From: Ylistrum balloti
Taxonomy: Eukaryota
Assembly (NCBI RefSeq): GCF_031769215.1
Contig: NW_026782115.1
Coordinates: 620,001-684,000, forward strand
DNA: 64,000 bases
Direction of reading: 5' to 3'
Translations under genes and position numbers: made by a program
Part shown: piece after piece, positions 14,645-27,402 of the stretch
Position numbering within the stretch: position 1 is the first letter of the stretch
Layout: the number at the start of each line of letters is the position of its first letter
The notes under the pieces: model-generated
Told to the model about the DNA's origin: nothing
Seen by the model: the letters and a program-made list of their open reading frames with translations, nothing else
Databases searched by the model: none

Positions 14645-14753
14645 CCTACTTAATTTTTATCAATCCTTCGACTTAAAGGAGTGTCGTAGATGCAAACATA
14701 TGCACTTGTCAGGTATTACTGTTTAAAATAACCATGCTGGCATTTTTTATTCT

Positions 14754-14761
14754 TTTATATA
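14754..14761 (-). promoter_or_regulatory. g2 TATA box
   Basis: TATATAAA on the minus strand ~110 nt upstream of the ATG, at a position comparable to the other paralogs. Confidence 0.55.
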
Positions 14762-17255
14762 CCCGTTGTCTCAATCACGTGGTGCTTTGCAACATTTGTG
14801 GGCGTTGGAATACCGAACTTTAGAAACAAAGCAGCTTTTAAACACTTCTAACAGCTAAAGAGAGATCTTTTGTAGTTCATGCAAATCAGATAACATGGTA
14901 TAATGATAATATGGTATTAGTAAACAGGTATAAGGTTACAATCTATTGTTTATATAGATTAAGATCAATTATCTATGATTCATCTAAGTGTATCTACGTC
15001 TTCCATCCCTATAATGTAACACTGTGGTATCACTGGTAGCAACGCTGCGTAGGCGAAATATACGACTGCATGCCAAAATCAGTTAAAACCTACTCATGTC
15101 ATAGCCTACCTCTTTAATCTTTCAATATGAACCGCCAAAATGAGAAAACTGTCTATCAAAAGTAAATTTCTTATCGCTTTCGGAAAAAAATCGCCTTGAA
15201 ATATTTGAACGTCGCTCAATTTACACTTTGTAAAAGACATCAACTGATTGATTTTTATTGAATGTGCTTGGCACTTAGTAGCTGTAAAATAAAACATTAA
15301 ACATTTTGTTAAAAATTCGGCACCAAGACTAGTTAACTTTATTTAGCGTTAACACATTCAGCAAACAATACAAAAGTATTATCATTATGTTCGTGTTTGC
15401 AATATATTTGATTCTGACAGTTTGTCTGTATCTCTTATCATTGCTGTGTACATCGATGTATACTATTTTCCTTTAAGTTCAATGATAGTTTAAAAGCCTT
15501 ATATGGTCAAAATAACAAACATTGTTTTTTTATAAGAGAATACAATTATTAGTGTTAAGGTGTAAACACGTCCTCAGGTACGACAAGTTATCATTCATGT
15601 ATAACCTTTGCCGTTATTCTTTTGATTTTGTCTTTTGTCCTGAATGTCGCACTGTTACATTGTACCTAACATACACCAACTGTCCTTTGTATTTCATAAA
15701 TCTTCGACCTGTCCAATGTTATTTCATCAAATTATCGACTAAGGGATCTTTCAAAATAAAAGACCTGGTTTTGAACTACATCTTTACCATCACGTGCTTT
15801 GTTTACATTACATATAAGTCTACTACGACCCAGTATTCCATCATCTGATAGAACATTGTGTAACAGTTTTAAGACCTGGATTTATTGTTATAGTTCTATA
15901 TGCCATTGACATCGTGAACGGTGCTGTTTATCTTCCTGAAGATACATGTTTTAACAAACTAAAGCTACAGTGTTTTATAAAATAAGTATAATATTACTCC
16001 GTTTTGACAATGTCCCAGGTCAATACAGGATTTGCATTTCACATGGTTAGACAAAAACAGATCTTTTAATTGATAGCTCTGCATACTGTCTTTAGGCAAT
16101 GAAGAAATAAAACACGCAAACAGAATATTTAATAAATACATTTTTTTATTTTTAAAATATAATTGCACTATGCCCTTTTGCCTTTAGAAAATAACATTCA
16201 TGCAACAAATTATACTCAGTTTTACACACGATGATATTGACATTGATTGACATTCACGATCTCATTCATAAAATATGTTTCATGTACATAGCACGTTTAT
16301 CCACTGAATGCATTAAGAACACACTTAACTCAGCATATGTATGAACTTCAGTCTTCTCGTTGTTTTATTTTCTTTTCATTTAACGATTAATATGTTAATG
16401 CTAACGTGTCCTCACTTGATTTCTATAATTCCGTTAATTAAGATATCAAACGTTTATCTTGAATACATTTTCTCACACACATATACATACATTCAGGTAT
16501 AAAGTACACTACTATATTATTTTCATATAAACACCTATCGGGTATTCAGGAAATCTGAACGAAGATAAGATGAATGAAAGACTGAAATATATTAAGTGTT
16601 CGATAGATATTTGAAAACCATTGGTGGATTTTTCCTAAACGCTCTCTCCAACGTTTGCGTGCTTTAAACATAAACCTTAAGTGTGCGTCGTTTAAAGTCA
16701 TATCCTCCCTTTTAAATGTCTTGGTTGTTGTCACGATGTTAACGTTTTCCATTATTAAATGTGGAGGAACACAGTGATAAAAACTCGGAGTTTTTTTAAG
16801 TGTTATAGCACTCTCTGGTGATACTTCATCGTCCAATGTCTTCACTATTCTCATCATCAGCTCTTCCTTATACGATGCACAGATTGGTTGCGTAAACCTC
16901 TTATCGTGTTAGATGTTTGATGTTAAATTCTAGAAGAGCAGAACATCTATGGCAGAAAAATCTGAAATGACAAAAAGATTGAATATGAAATACATGTATA
17001 TCGTAACAAAGAATGTAACATTGATATACATACGTTCAATTATACCATTTATCTTATTCTTTTTTTCGCTATTCTCAAAATTCTGTTTTACACATTTCCT
17101 CATTTTCTCCATTATTCCTTCTGATATTTACCTTCATTTTTCTTCATGCTGGTTTATGTTCATATCCTATAATCGTCCTCCTATTTCAGGGACTGGCTTT
17201 CTTCAGATATAGGGTTGGTTTCATCTAGTCCTAAGGCGTCTATTGAACTCCGTTT

Positions 17256-17698
17256 CTACATGTCATTCTCGGTACTGCACAGACTATCATCGCTGTCTGA
17301 ACTGGAATCTTCTTCGGGAATAGATTCATTCAGATTGATGAATTTTCGTCGTCCTTTAACTAAGGAAAATTTCTTTTTCATTGGTCTGCCTGGGTTTGAT
17401 CTCCGTTTAGTCAATGACTTGATGCTATCATTGATGGACACAAGTTGCTTCATCAACTTGATATCTTGTTGTCTGAGGTCAAGCTGAAACGTAAAAAAAT
17501 CGTATGAAATTAAATAGTTCTTTCACTAACAGTTAGCTAATATTTTTAGAGTGAGTTATTGTGTAGTGTTTTCGTCAAAATATCATTTTTCTATGTATAT
17601 ATTATACATTATTAAGTAATACTTACCATTTCGCTCCTCAGTGTTGCCAAAGCATTATTAATCCTATCGCTTGATTTTTCTGTCATAACGGACTCCAT
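17256..17698 (-). CDS. g3: LURAP-domain protein, 2-exon form, 99 aa (exons 17698-17627, 17483-17256)
   Basis: MESVMTEKSSDRINNALATLRSEM|LDLRQQDIKLMKQLVSINDSIKSLTKRR...SIPEEDSSSDSDDSLCSTENDM*. Donor GTAAGT, acceptor TTTCAG. Confidence 0.9.
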
Positions 17699-17793
17699 GT
17701 TTCCTTCAAGTAGTGATAACTATTCGGTAAAAGCTTAGATGTATTATCATACAGTAGCAAAATAAGAACTAGTTTAATTCCGCATGTGAAGCC

Positions 17794-17994
17794 TTTATAT
17801 ACACGCCCGTTTTCTTACGTGGGGTAATTGTAAATTGGTATGTGGTTTCTGTCATGTAATAAAAACATCTGGCAGAAAGATTAACTACCACCAGGGAGGT
17901 ATCGGTTACACCTGGATCACAGGTAACCTGTGTATCAGGTAAATATAAAATAGGTATGATGTTCCATGTTAAGGAAATAGATGGTGTTTGATAA
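17794..17994 (-). promoter_or_regulatory. g3 promoter: TATA box plus conserved upstream module
   Basis: On the minus strand: TATATAAA 17801-17794, CAGGTGTAACCGAT 17914-17901, TTATCAAACACCATCTA 17994-17978. Confidence 0.7.
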
Positions 17995-20125
17995 GTTCTA
18001 GTTGATCCACACAGGAGGGGTTGGTCCTCCCGCAAAGTAATGAAAGAGAGTAACTACAACATTAAATCATTTTTTGTTTGTTCAGATGTACCACACGTCT
18101 GGAAATTGTGTTCTCACCTCTGGTACTTGACATCTACCACTTAACACACAATGTGCTGCTTTATCTCGCCATTGTATCCTACCAGTCTTTGATTAACCCA
18201 ACGGAGAGCAATTATTGTAAAGACCTACATGAGTTTCATCACGTTGTATGAACTCGAATTGCTGTCTATTAAATGTCAAAATAACTTATAAATAGTTTTA
18301 TTATATGATTCCCCTTGACCTACCTGGGACTTGCATTATTCGAAATGTTTATACAACAATAAAATAGTCAAAGTAAGGAAATTGACTTCAATCAAAACGA
18401 TTGTAAAAAAGACACACAAGAAAAAAACACCAGTTAATACCACTTAAGAGTTAGATACAGAAGAGCCAAACAATAATTAAACTGCATCATGCGGCTGTTT
18501 CGTCTTTCTAGGACTTGTAAGCGATGCTAAGGGTCTTCATTTTGAAGCCTTAGAGCCGAATGAAGAAAATTCAAATGGCTAAAAGAAATGTTAAAATGAA
18601 GATAGAGAGGTCACTTGCCCCAAATTCAATAAATTTCATAATTTTCGTATGTTTGATAATGTAAGAACATTATCGAGTATATGTGTATATTCTGAACCGT
18701 CACTATTCGAATGATTCAAAATTAAATGACGACAAATTGACTATGACAAAATTCATTTTTATATATTCATTTTTATAATAATTATAATGATATTATTAGT
18801 CAAGAGCAGATAATGATTTAACCATACAAATTCACTTTTAAAACTCAATTTACTTAAAATTTAAAGTTGCATAAAGAAATTGATTAACATGATTATTTAT
18901 AAAAAATATATTATGTGCTGAAAGAACAGATATACGTTTTGTATATAAAAGGATAGTGATTTATTACATATTAACCAAAGCAATGCAAGATTCAAAATCC
19001 TCGTGTAGAAGATCAGAATGATGTAATTTGATCCAAAATTAATTAGCCCTAATATAGTCATCTGTTGCCGGAATATTTCGGTAGCACACCGCTACTAAGG
19101 GGGTCGGCTGTCGGCCAAAATAAACGCCCGAATATCAATCATTATACTTAATCAATACAGTATCATATTTCTAAGTAGAAGACATCATGCTGAGGTAATC
19201 TTTAAAACAAATATTTTGAATCATTATATATCAATACTATTGCAGATCGAAAGCAATGGTCAAAGCCAGCGTGTACAATGAATTCATGAAGAAAAATTAT
19301 TGATATCAATTTTCGATAACCATAGCTAAAATAAACTGACATTTTCAAATCTAACCATAGATTTATACATTTGGATTATGCTGACTTGTGTCTTGCATCT
19401 GGAAAGTGGTAATGCCAAATGAAAATAACAGAACTTTTGAAACAACGTTACCGCGGTATTGTTCAGTCATATATATGCATGCGTTTACAATGGATTGTTT
19501 CGATTCTGCAAATGATCACGTTTTTGAAATAACGAGTTAGATATTTCACAAGATCAGAGTGTTTCCAAGGTTAAAGCTATTTATGTTTCTTAGTTATATG
19601 ATCACAACAAAAATCAATTCTGTCTTATTTTTACTTGCATTTTCTTACTGCAGTAATCATGTAGTAATTTTGTCTGTTTTGGATACTTCTAAAAATAAAA
19701 CATTTACAGATGATATCAATATCATATAAAGCACCCTTTGATTACGCAGTTGCTGTGTTGACAGCCATTTCAGAAAATTTTTCCATTAACTTCGGTCGAC
19801 CTTTCAATTTTCCGCATCAGCGAGAATTTTTGCATTCCGTTGATTGGTGGGTTATTGATATCGATGTGTTGTTGACAAGCAATACTTAGTTATGTTAATG
19901 CATCGATAACAATAAAGACATGTCATGAATTAGTGTAGAATGGATGTTGGTGGTCAAACGATGGGGGTTGTATCAAGAAACTTTGTCATTCTTCGTTATA
20001 AACAAAGGCGACCAGGGTGGTGGAGACGAATTCTCCGTGTTGGTATCAAACCCCTGTTGGTATTAGATTAGGTGTATCTCACACATGGTTCTTAAATTGG
20101 TCTTAAATATAACAATAGTTAAACC

Positions 20126-20352
20126 TTATCAGACACCATCAAAACAGTTAATGTGCAAGGAATATGAATAAATTAACATTACATAGCATAGTCTACCTAC
20201 GCCAGGTGTAACTGATCTGTCTCTGTTGGTATTTGGCTTATACAGCAGGTGCTTTGTATTTCAGAATATTAAACCACACACCGATTTTATTTAGACCACA
20301 TCAGATTGGAATTCTGGTATAAATATGAGTCAAAACAAAAATCCGATCAGTT
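20126..20352 (+). promoter_or_regulatory. g4 promoter
   Basis: TTATCAGACACCATCAA 20126-20142, CAGGTGTAACTGAT 20203-20216, CAGGTG 20246, TATAAATA 20318-20325, TCAGTT 20347-20352. Confidence 0.7.
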
Positions 20353-20416
20353 CTTTAACAGACACTGATCTACTAGTATCAAAGATTTACCATACCTTTT
20401 ACAAACAAGAATTAGA

Positions 20417-20946
20417 ATGGAATCTGTACAGAAACCGTCCAACAGCACTGCTACTGAGAGGATTAACAGTGCCTTAGCTACACTCAGGAGCGATATGGTA
20501 ATTATTGTATAATTCATATTCCTAATCATTATCTTATTCTAAATTTGGCAACATCATCACAATATATTCAGCCTTGGCTACAATCCAGAGTGATATGGTA
20601 ATTATTATATAATTCCTATTTTTAAAAAATCATTATTGTTTCTGTTATTCGAGATTAGAGCATCTTTGATTTTGTTTTGTTTCTAAAATTAATCGAATTC
20701 GTACTTTTATCGTTACAGCTTGACCTCAGACAACAAGATATCCAGCTGATGCAGCAGCTTATGTCGATCAACGAAAACATACAGACGCTGACCAAACGAA
20801 GGCCTAACTCTGGAAGGCAACGAAAAACGAAATACACGATTAACAGACGACAAAAATTCATCAACCGAAGTGAATCGATTCCAGAAGAGGATTCTAGTTC
20901 GGCAGACTCTGACAGTGATGAAAGCCTGACCGGTATTGAAAATTAG
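20417..20946 (+). CDS. g4: LURAP-domain protein, 2-exon form, 102 aa (exons 20417-20497, 20719-20946)
   Basis: MESVQKPSNSTATERINSALATLRSDM|LDLRQQDIQLMQQLMSINENIQTLTKRR...SIPEEDSSSADSDSDESLTGIEN*. Confidence 0.88.
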
Positions 20947-23469
20947 TTAGGCACCTGACTTGCTGAGCTCTTAATCTCTCCAAAAAGAACTTTGTTATGC
21001 GAAAATTCAATCATCACCACCAGTTTCAAGATTTTACAATAGACTTATTCTTCCCTTGCTGGACAAAGGATATAACGTAATTTGGAAATGGAATTCGGGA
21101 ATATGATTAAGCGCGATTAGATATTCTGTGAGGAAACATTACTTAATTGAACATTTCAAAGAAATAGTTTTCCCGATGATGTGGACATTGTCTTTAACTT
21201 ACTCAATGGAATACGTACAGAACAGACTCTCTCCAATTGCAATGACAAACTGAGACAGAACTATAGTTCTATGACACTTGCTCAAATCTGCCATATATGT
21301 ATATCACTGTGTTCAGGTTGTGAAAAGATTAACATGTGTATGTATGTTGGAAAGTATGGTCTTTCAAATGTTAGTATGGCAGGTAGTGACACAATCCATT
21401 GTTGACGAATGTGATCATACTTCACACGCACAAAAAGCAACTCATGTCACGGCACATGTCTGCATGTGATTTTTTTCAAGAAGTGGATGAAACTTTGATA
21501 GACTATGATTTTGTATTATAGAGTCGTGTGTAAAGAACATGTAGCTTTATATTAGTACAAATGTGAAATCCGGAAAGAACAAGAAAATTCTTTCTAATTT
21601 TCAAGTGTTTAAAGAATGGCTGTGAGAAGATGTGTATAGGAATGTTTGTGTAGGGACAAAAGCAATATTTACTTTTACATTGTTACAAATATAATTAAAA
21701 TGAAAATGAATCGATTTTTTTCTTGTTTTTTGTTTTCTCTTTTTTTTATCGTGATTATCGCAGTTGGGCTGGTCATGAACAGAGAAAATCATTTCGACAT
21801 AGCTTGATAAGTAAAGAATGCGAATTACAACATCTGTGTTGTTATTTGATTCCGACAATACTGAATCTATTCTTGATAATTTCTACTCAAATAAGTTGAG
21901 TTTGATATAGCCTAAAACAGTTTTCAGAAATCGTAACATTTTACACGCACTAGGGCAGAAATAAATACAACCAAAAATTAGCTAATATATCGCGAAGTTA
22001 GTTAACTGGGATCTTTCATTAATCCATGCATTATTTTGTAGACAAAACATATAATAAGAACATTGCATTGAAAGGTACTATGCATTTGTGTAACTCTTAA
22101 ATACGGACCATGTTTAAAACGTCGTACACAAATTATATTATATATTCACTAATTCAACAAACACAATTATAGGAAATATACTAGGAAATATATTTGAATC
22201 ACCGACAGAGCAAGAAGCTTACAGACTATCAACAGTGTAGGAATTTGATGGTTTGTAGTATGAATGTTTTCAAAATAGTTTATGTAATTTGTAATATTAT
22301 GCACTTCAATGTTTTTTTTTTTTTTTTTTTTTACAACTGTTTCAATATAACACGCCATATTTGTATATAAATAACAAACAAATAGTAACGACAATATGCG
22401 GACTTTCACTGCTATGTTGTGGCAAGGAATTCATACCGAAATCTTTGTAATCTATTTCCTGTCCTGTAAGTTCTAAATGCGTCATTCATTTCACGGTTAG
22501 GAGGCGTCAAAACAGACGAGGTAGGGGATAAGATATCAATTACTGTAAGAATGGAGTAATATAGATACCTTATCAAACAACGTCTAAACAACAGACATGT
22601 AGCATTAATAATACATTGTCAGTACATTATATAGTTTCAACTTGTGCTAAATGTAATTGATATCTTCCAGGAGGTTCTTTGGTTAAGCAGCAGGTGCTTT
22701 TTATATGCAAATAATACCAACAATGTTTCGTTGCCTCTCTTGTCAATAACTTCAATTCATACCAGGTATCGTAAGGGAGGGATGTTTGATTTTATAATCG
22801 TTAATATTGATTATGTGTGTGAGGGAGATTTTTCTAAGTACCTGAAATAAACATCAATGAGATATAGTACGTTGTGTTCTTCTCTAGTTCATACACAGGG
22901 TTTTCAAATCACAAGCTCCTTATACGCACAATAAACATTATCAACGGTAACGGAAAAAACTCAACGGAGACAACAAGAAAATTTGATGACAGAATCAATC
23001 ATAAATAATGAGAGAGATACAATTTATAACTACAAAATATACTAACATTTCAGAATGTGAATGCATGCAGAATGCAGAAAGTTAAACTTACTAACCAGAC
23101 CACCAGGTGGTCGTTATTTCTAATGCTGTGCATGAAAACTTCAATCAAAATAATTTGTATTTCTTACTACAATCAAATAGGAGGTCTTGTCTATTTTAGC
23201 ATTTCTAGTTTTAGGTTAGCATATACTATTGCGCATTTTATTGAGTATTACTTAACGGCAATGCTAAATTTGCGTATGTATGTAGTGACCAAGAATATCT
23301 ATTATTTTCGGGGTGATCTGTTTTAAAACATGCTAAAAAAAACACGCATTTTATTCATTCATTCTGTTCAGAGAAAAAAATGCATGTTTCCTATAACATC
23401 GTATGTTGATTGCGATCAGCATTTTTGAGAATATAGCAATTACTGTAAAATTGCAATAATATTGGTGTC

Positions 23470-23673
23470 TTATCAAACACCATCTAAACAATAGATATTC
23501 AAAATAAGCTATCAAGCTTTGTCATTATATGATTAACAGTCAGCATATGCCATATGTAACTGATATCTCACCGGAGGTACTTGGCAGACATTAAACCACA
23601 CGCAATGTTACGTAGTCCTCATAGGGACGGCAGATATGTATAAATACTTAAGAAAACAAAATCCTGATCAGTT
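23470..23673 (+). promoter_or_regulatory. g5 promoter (type P1)
   Basis: TTATCAAACACCATCTA 23470-23486, TGTAACTGAT 23555-23564, TATAAATA 23639-23646, TCAGTT 23668-23673. Confidence 0.7.
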
Positions 23674-23738
23674 CTCAGACAGACACTGATCTTCTTGTAT
23701 CGAGGATCGATCATATATCATATAAACCAATTATAAGA

Positions 23739-24176
23739 ATGGAAACTGTACCGACAGCATCCAACAGTGCTGCTACTGACAGGATCAACAGTGCCCTGGC
23801 TACACTCCGGAGTGATATGGTAATTTTTATATAATTCCTATTTTTTTAAAATCATTATTGTTTCTGTTATTCGAGACTAGAGCATCTTTGATTTTGTTTT
23901 TGTTTTTTCTTTCTAAAATTAATCGAATTCGTACTTTTATCGTTACAGCTTGACCTCAGACAACAAGATGTCCAGCTGATGCAGCAGCTTATGTCGATCA
24001 ACGAAAACATACAGACGCTGACCAAACGAAGGCCTTACTCTGGAAGGCAACGAAAAACGAAATGCATGATTAACGGAAGACGAAAATTTATCAACCGAAG
24101 TGAATTGATTCCGGAAGAAGAATCGAGTTCGGCAGACTCTGACAGTGATGAAAGCCTGACCGGTATTGAAAATTAA
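23739..24176 (+). CDS. g5: LURAP-domain protein, 2-exon form, 102 aa (exons 23739-23819, 23949-24176)
   Basis: METVPTASNSAATDRINSALATLRSDM|LDLRQQDVQLMQQLMSINENIQTL...GIEN*. GT-AG intron, phase 0. Confidence 0.9.
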
Positions 24177-26681
24177 TTCATTTGGTTTAATAGAACAGTT
24201 TACGACTTGTTGAACTCTCAACGAATATGATTATAACAAAGAAAAGAAAAAAACATTTAACGATCATCGAATCACCAATAGTAGTCCCACAACCTCATGA
24301 TTCTTCCCTTGCTGGACAAAGGATATAACGTAATTTGGAAATGGAATTCGGGAATATGATTAAGCGCGATTTGATATTCTGTGAGGAAACATTACTTAAT
24401 TGAATATTTCAAAGAAATAATTTTCCTGATGATCTGGACATTGTATTTAACTTATTCAATGGAATACGTACAAAACAGACTCTTTCCAATTGGAATGACA
24501 AACTGAGACAGAACTATAGTTCTATGACACTTGCTCAAATCTGCCATATATGTATATCACTGTATTCAGGTTGTGAAAAGATTAACATGTGTATGTATGT
24601 TGGAAAGTATGGTCTTTCAAATGTTAGTATGGCAGGAAGTGACACAATCCATTGTTGACGAATGTGATCATACTTCACACGCACAAAAAGCAACTCATGT
24701 CACGGCACATGTCTGCATGTGATTTTTTTTCAAGAAGTGGATGAAACTTTGATAGACTATGATTTTGTATTATAGAGTCGAGTGTAAAGAACCTGTAGCT
24801 TTATATTAGTACAAATGTGAAATCCGGAAAGAACAAGAAAATTCTTTCTAATTTTCAAGTGTTGAAAGAATGGCTGTGAGAAGATATGTATAGGAATGTT
24901 TGTGTAGGGACAAGAGCAATATTTACTTTTACATTGTTACAAATATAATTAAAATAAAAATGAATCGATTTTTTTCTTGTTTTTTGTTTTCTCTTTCTTT
25001 TTATCATGATTATCGCAATTGGGCTGGTCATGAACAGAAAATCATTTCGACATAGCTTGATAAGTAAAGAATGCAAATTGCAACATCTGTGTTGTTATTT
25101 GATTCCATCAATCGTGAATCCATTCTTAAGAATTTCTACTCAAATAAGTTGAGTTTGATATAGCCTAAAACAGTTTTCAGAAATCGTAACATTTTACATG
25201 CACTAAGGCAGAAATAAATATAACCAAAAATTAGCTAATATATTGCGAAGTTAGTTAACTGGGATCTTTCATTAATCCATGCATTATTTTGTAGACAAAA
25301 ATCAAATAAGAACATTGCATTGAAAGGTACTGTGCATTTGTGTAACTCTTAAATACGGACCATATTTAAAACGTCGTACACAAATTATATTATATATTCA
25401 CTAATTCAATAAACACAATTATAGGAAATATACTAGGAATTATATTTGGATCACCGACAGAGCAAGAAGCTTACAGACTATCAACAGTGTAGGAATTTGA
25501 TGGTTTGTAGTATGAATGTTTTCAAAATAGTTTATGTAATTTGTAATATTATGCACTTCAATGTTTTTTGTTTTACAACTGTTTCAATATAACACACCAT
25601 ATTTGTATATAAATAATAAACAAATAGTAACGACAATATGCGGACTTCACTGCTATGTTGTGGCAAGGAATTCATGTCGAAATCTATGTAATCTATTTCC
25701 TGTCCTGTAAGTTCTAAATGCGTCATTCATTTCACGGTTAGGAGGCGTCAAAACAGACGAGGTAGGGGATAAGATATCAATTACTGTAAGAATGGATTAA
25801 TATAGATACCTTATCAAACACGGTGTAAACAACAAACATGTAACATTAATAATACATTGTCAGTACATGATATAGTTTCAACTTGTGCCAAATGTAATTG
25901 ATATCTTCCAGGAGGTTCTTTGGTTAAGCAGCGGGTGCTTTTTATATGCAAATATACCAGCAATCTTTCGTTGCCTCTCATGTCAATAACTTCAATTCAT
26001 ACCAGGTATCGTAAGGGAGGGATGTTTGATTTTATAATCGTTAATATTGATTATGTGTGTGAGGGAGATTTTAGAAATGTACCTGAAATAAACATCAATG
26101 AGATATAGTACGTTGTGTTCTTCTCTAGTTCATACACATGGTTTCCAAATCTCAAGCTCCTTATACGCACAATAAACATTATTAACGGTAACGGAAAAAA
26201 CTCAACGGAGACAACAAGAAAATTTGATCACATAATCAATCATAAATAATGAGACAGATACAATTTATAACTACAAGATATACTAACATTTCAGAATGTG
26301 AATGCATGCAGAATGCAGAAAGTTAAACTTACTAACCAGACCACCAGGTGGTCGTTATTTCTAATGCTGTGCGTGAAAACTTCAATCAAAATAATTTGTA
26401 TTTCTTACTACAATAAAATAGGAGGTCTTGCCTATTTAGTTTTAGTTTTAGATAACAGCATATACTATTTCGCATTTTATTGATAATGCTAAATTTGCGT
26501 ATGTATGTAGTGACCAAGAATATATTTATTATTGATCTGTGTTAAATATAAAAGCACGCATTTTATTCATTCATTCTGTTCAGAAAAAACATGTTTCCTA
26601 TAACATCGTATATTGAAAGCGATAGCAGCATAATTTTTGAAAATATAGCAATTACTGTAAAATTGCAGTAATATTGGTGTC

Positions 26682-26907
26682 TTATCAAACACCATCTAAA
26701 CAAAAGATATTCAAAATAAGCTATCAAGCTTTGTCATTATATGATTACTGTCAGCATATGCCATATGTAACTGATATCTCACCGGAGGTACTTGGCTAAT
26801 ATAACAAGTTCTTTATGCAAGATATTAAACCACCTGCAATGTTACGTAGGCCTTATAGGGGTGAAAGACAGGTATAAATACTTGTGATAACAAAGCCCTG
26901 ATCAGTT
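26682..26907 (+). promoter_or_regulatory. g6 promoter (type P2)
   Basis: TTATCAAACACCATCTA 26682-26698, TATAAATA 26873-26880, TCAGTT 26902-26907. Confidence 0.7.
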
Positions 26908-26972
26908 CTCAGACAGACACTGCTCATCTTGTATCGAGGATTTATTATATATCATATAAACCAATTATAGGA

Positions 26973-27402
26973 ATGGAAACCGTACCGACAGCATCCAACA
27001 GTAGTGCTACTGACAGGATCAACAGTGCCCTGGCTACACTCCGGAGTGATATGGTAATTTTTAAATAATTCCTATTTTTTTAAAATCATTATTGTTTCTG
27101 TTATTTGAGATTAGAACATCTTTGATTTTGTTTTGTTTCTAAAATTAATCGAATTCGTACTTTTATCGTTACAGCTTGACCTCAGACAACAAGATGTCCA
27201 GCTTTTGCAGCAGCTTATGTCGATCAACGAAAACATACAGACGCTGACCAAACGAAGGCCTAACTCTGGAAGGCAACGAAAAACGAAATACATGATTAAC
27301 GGACGACGAAAATTCATCCACCGAAGTGAATCGATTCCGGAAGAAGAATCAAGTTCGGCAGACTCTGACAGTGATGAAAGCCTGACCGGTATTGAAAATT
27401 AA
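26973..27402 (+). CDS. g6: LURAP-domain protein, 2-exon form, 102 aa (exons 26973-27053, 27175-27402)
   Basis: METVPTASNSSATDRINSALATLRSDM|LDLRQQDVQLLQQLMSINENIQTL...GIEN*. Confidence 0.9.

Noticed and set aside
21271-21325. SECIS-like fold (ATGA..AAA..GA) in the type-A UTR
   Set aside because: Helix II pairing is poor and the genes have no in-frame UGA.
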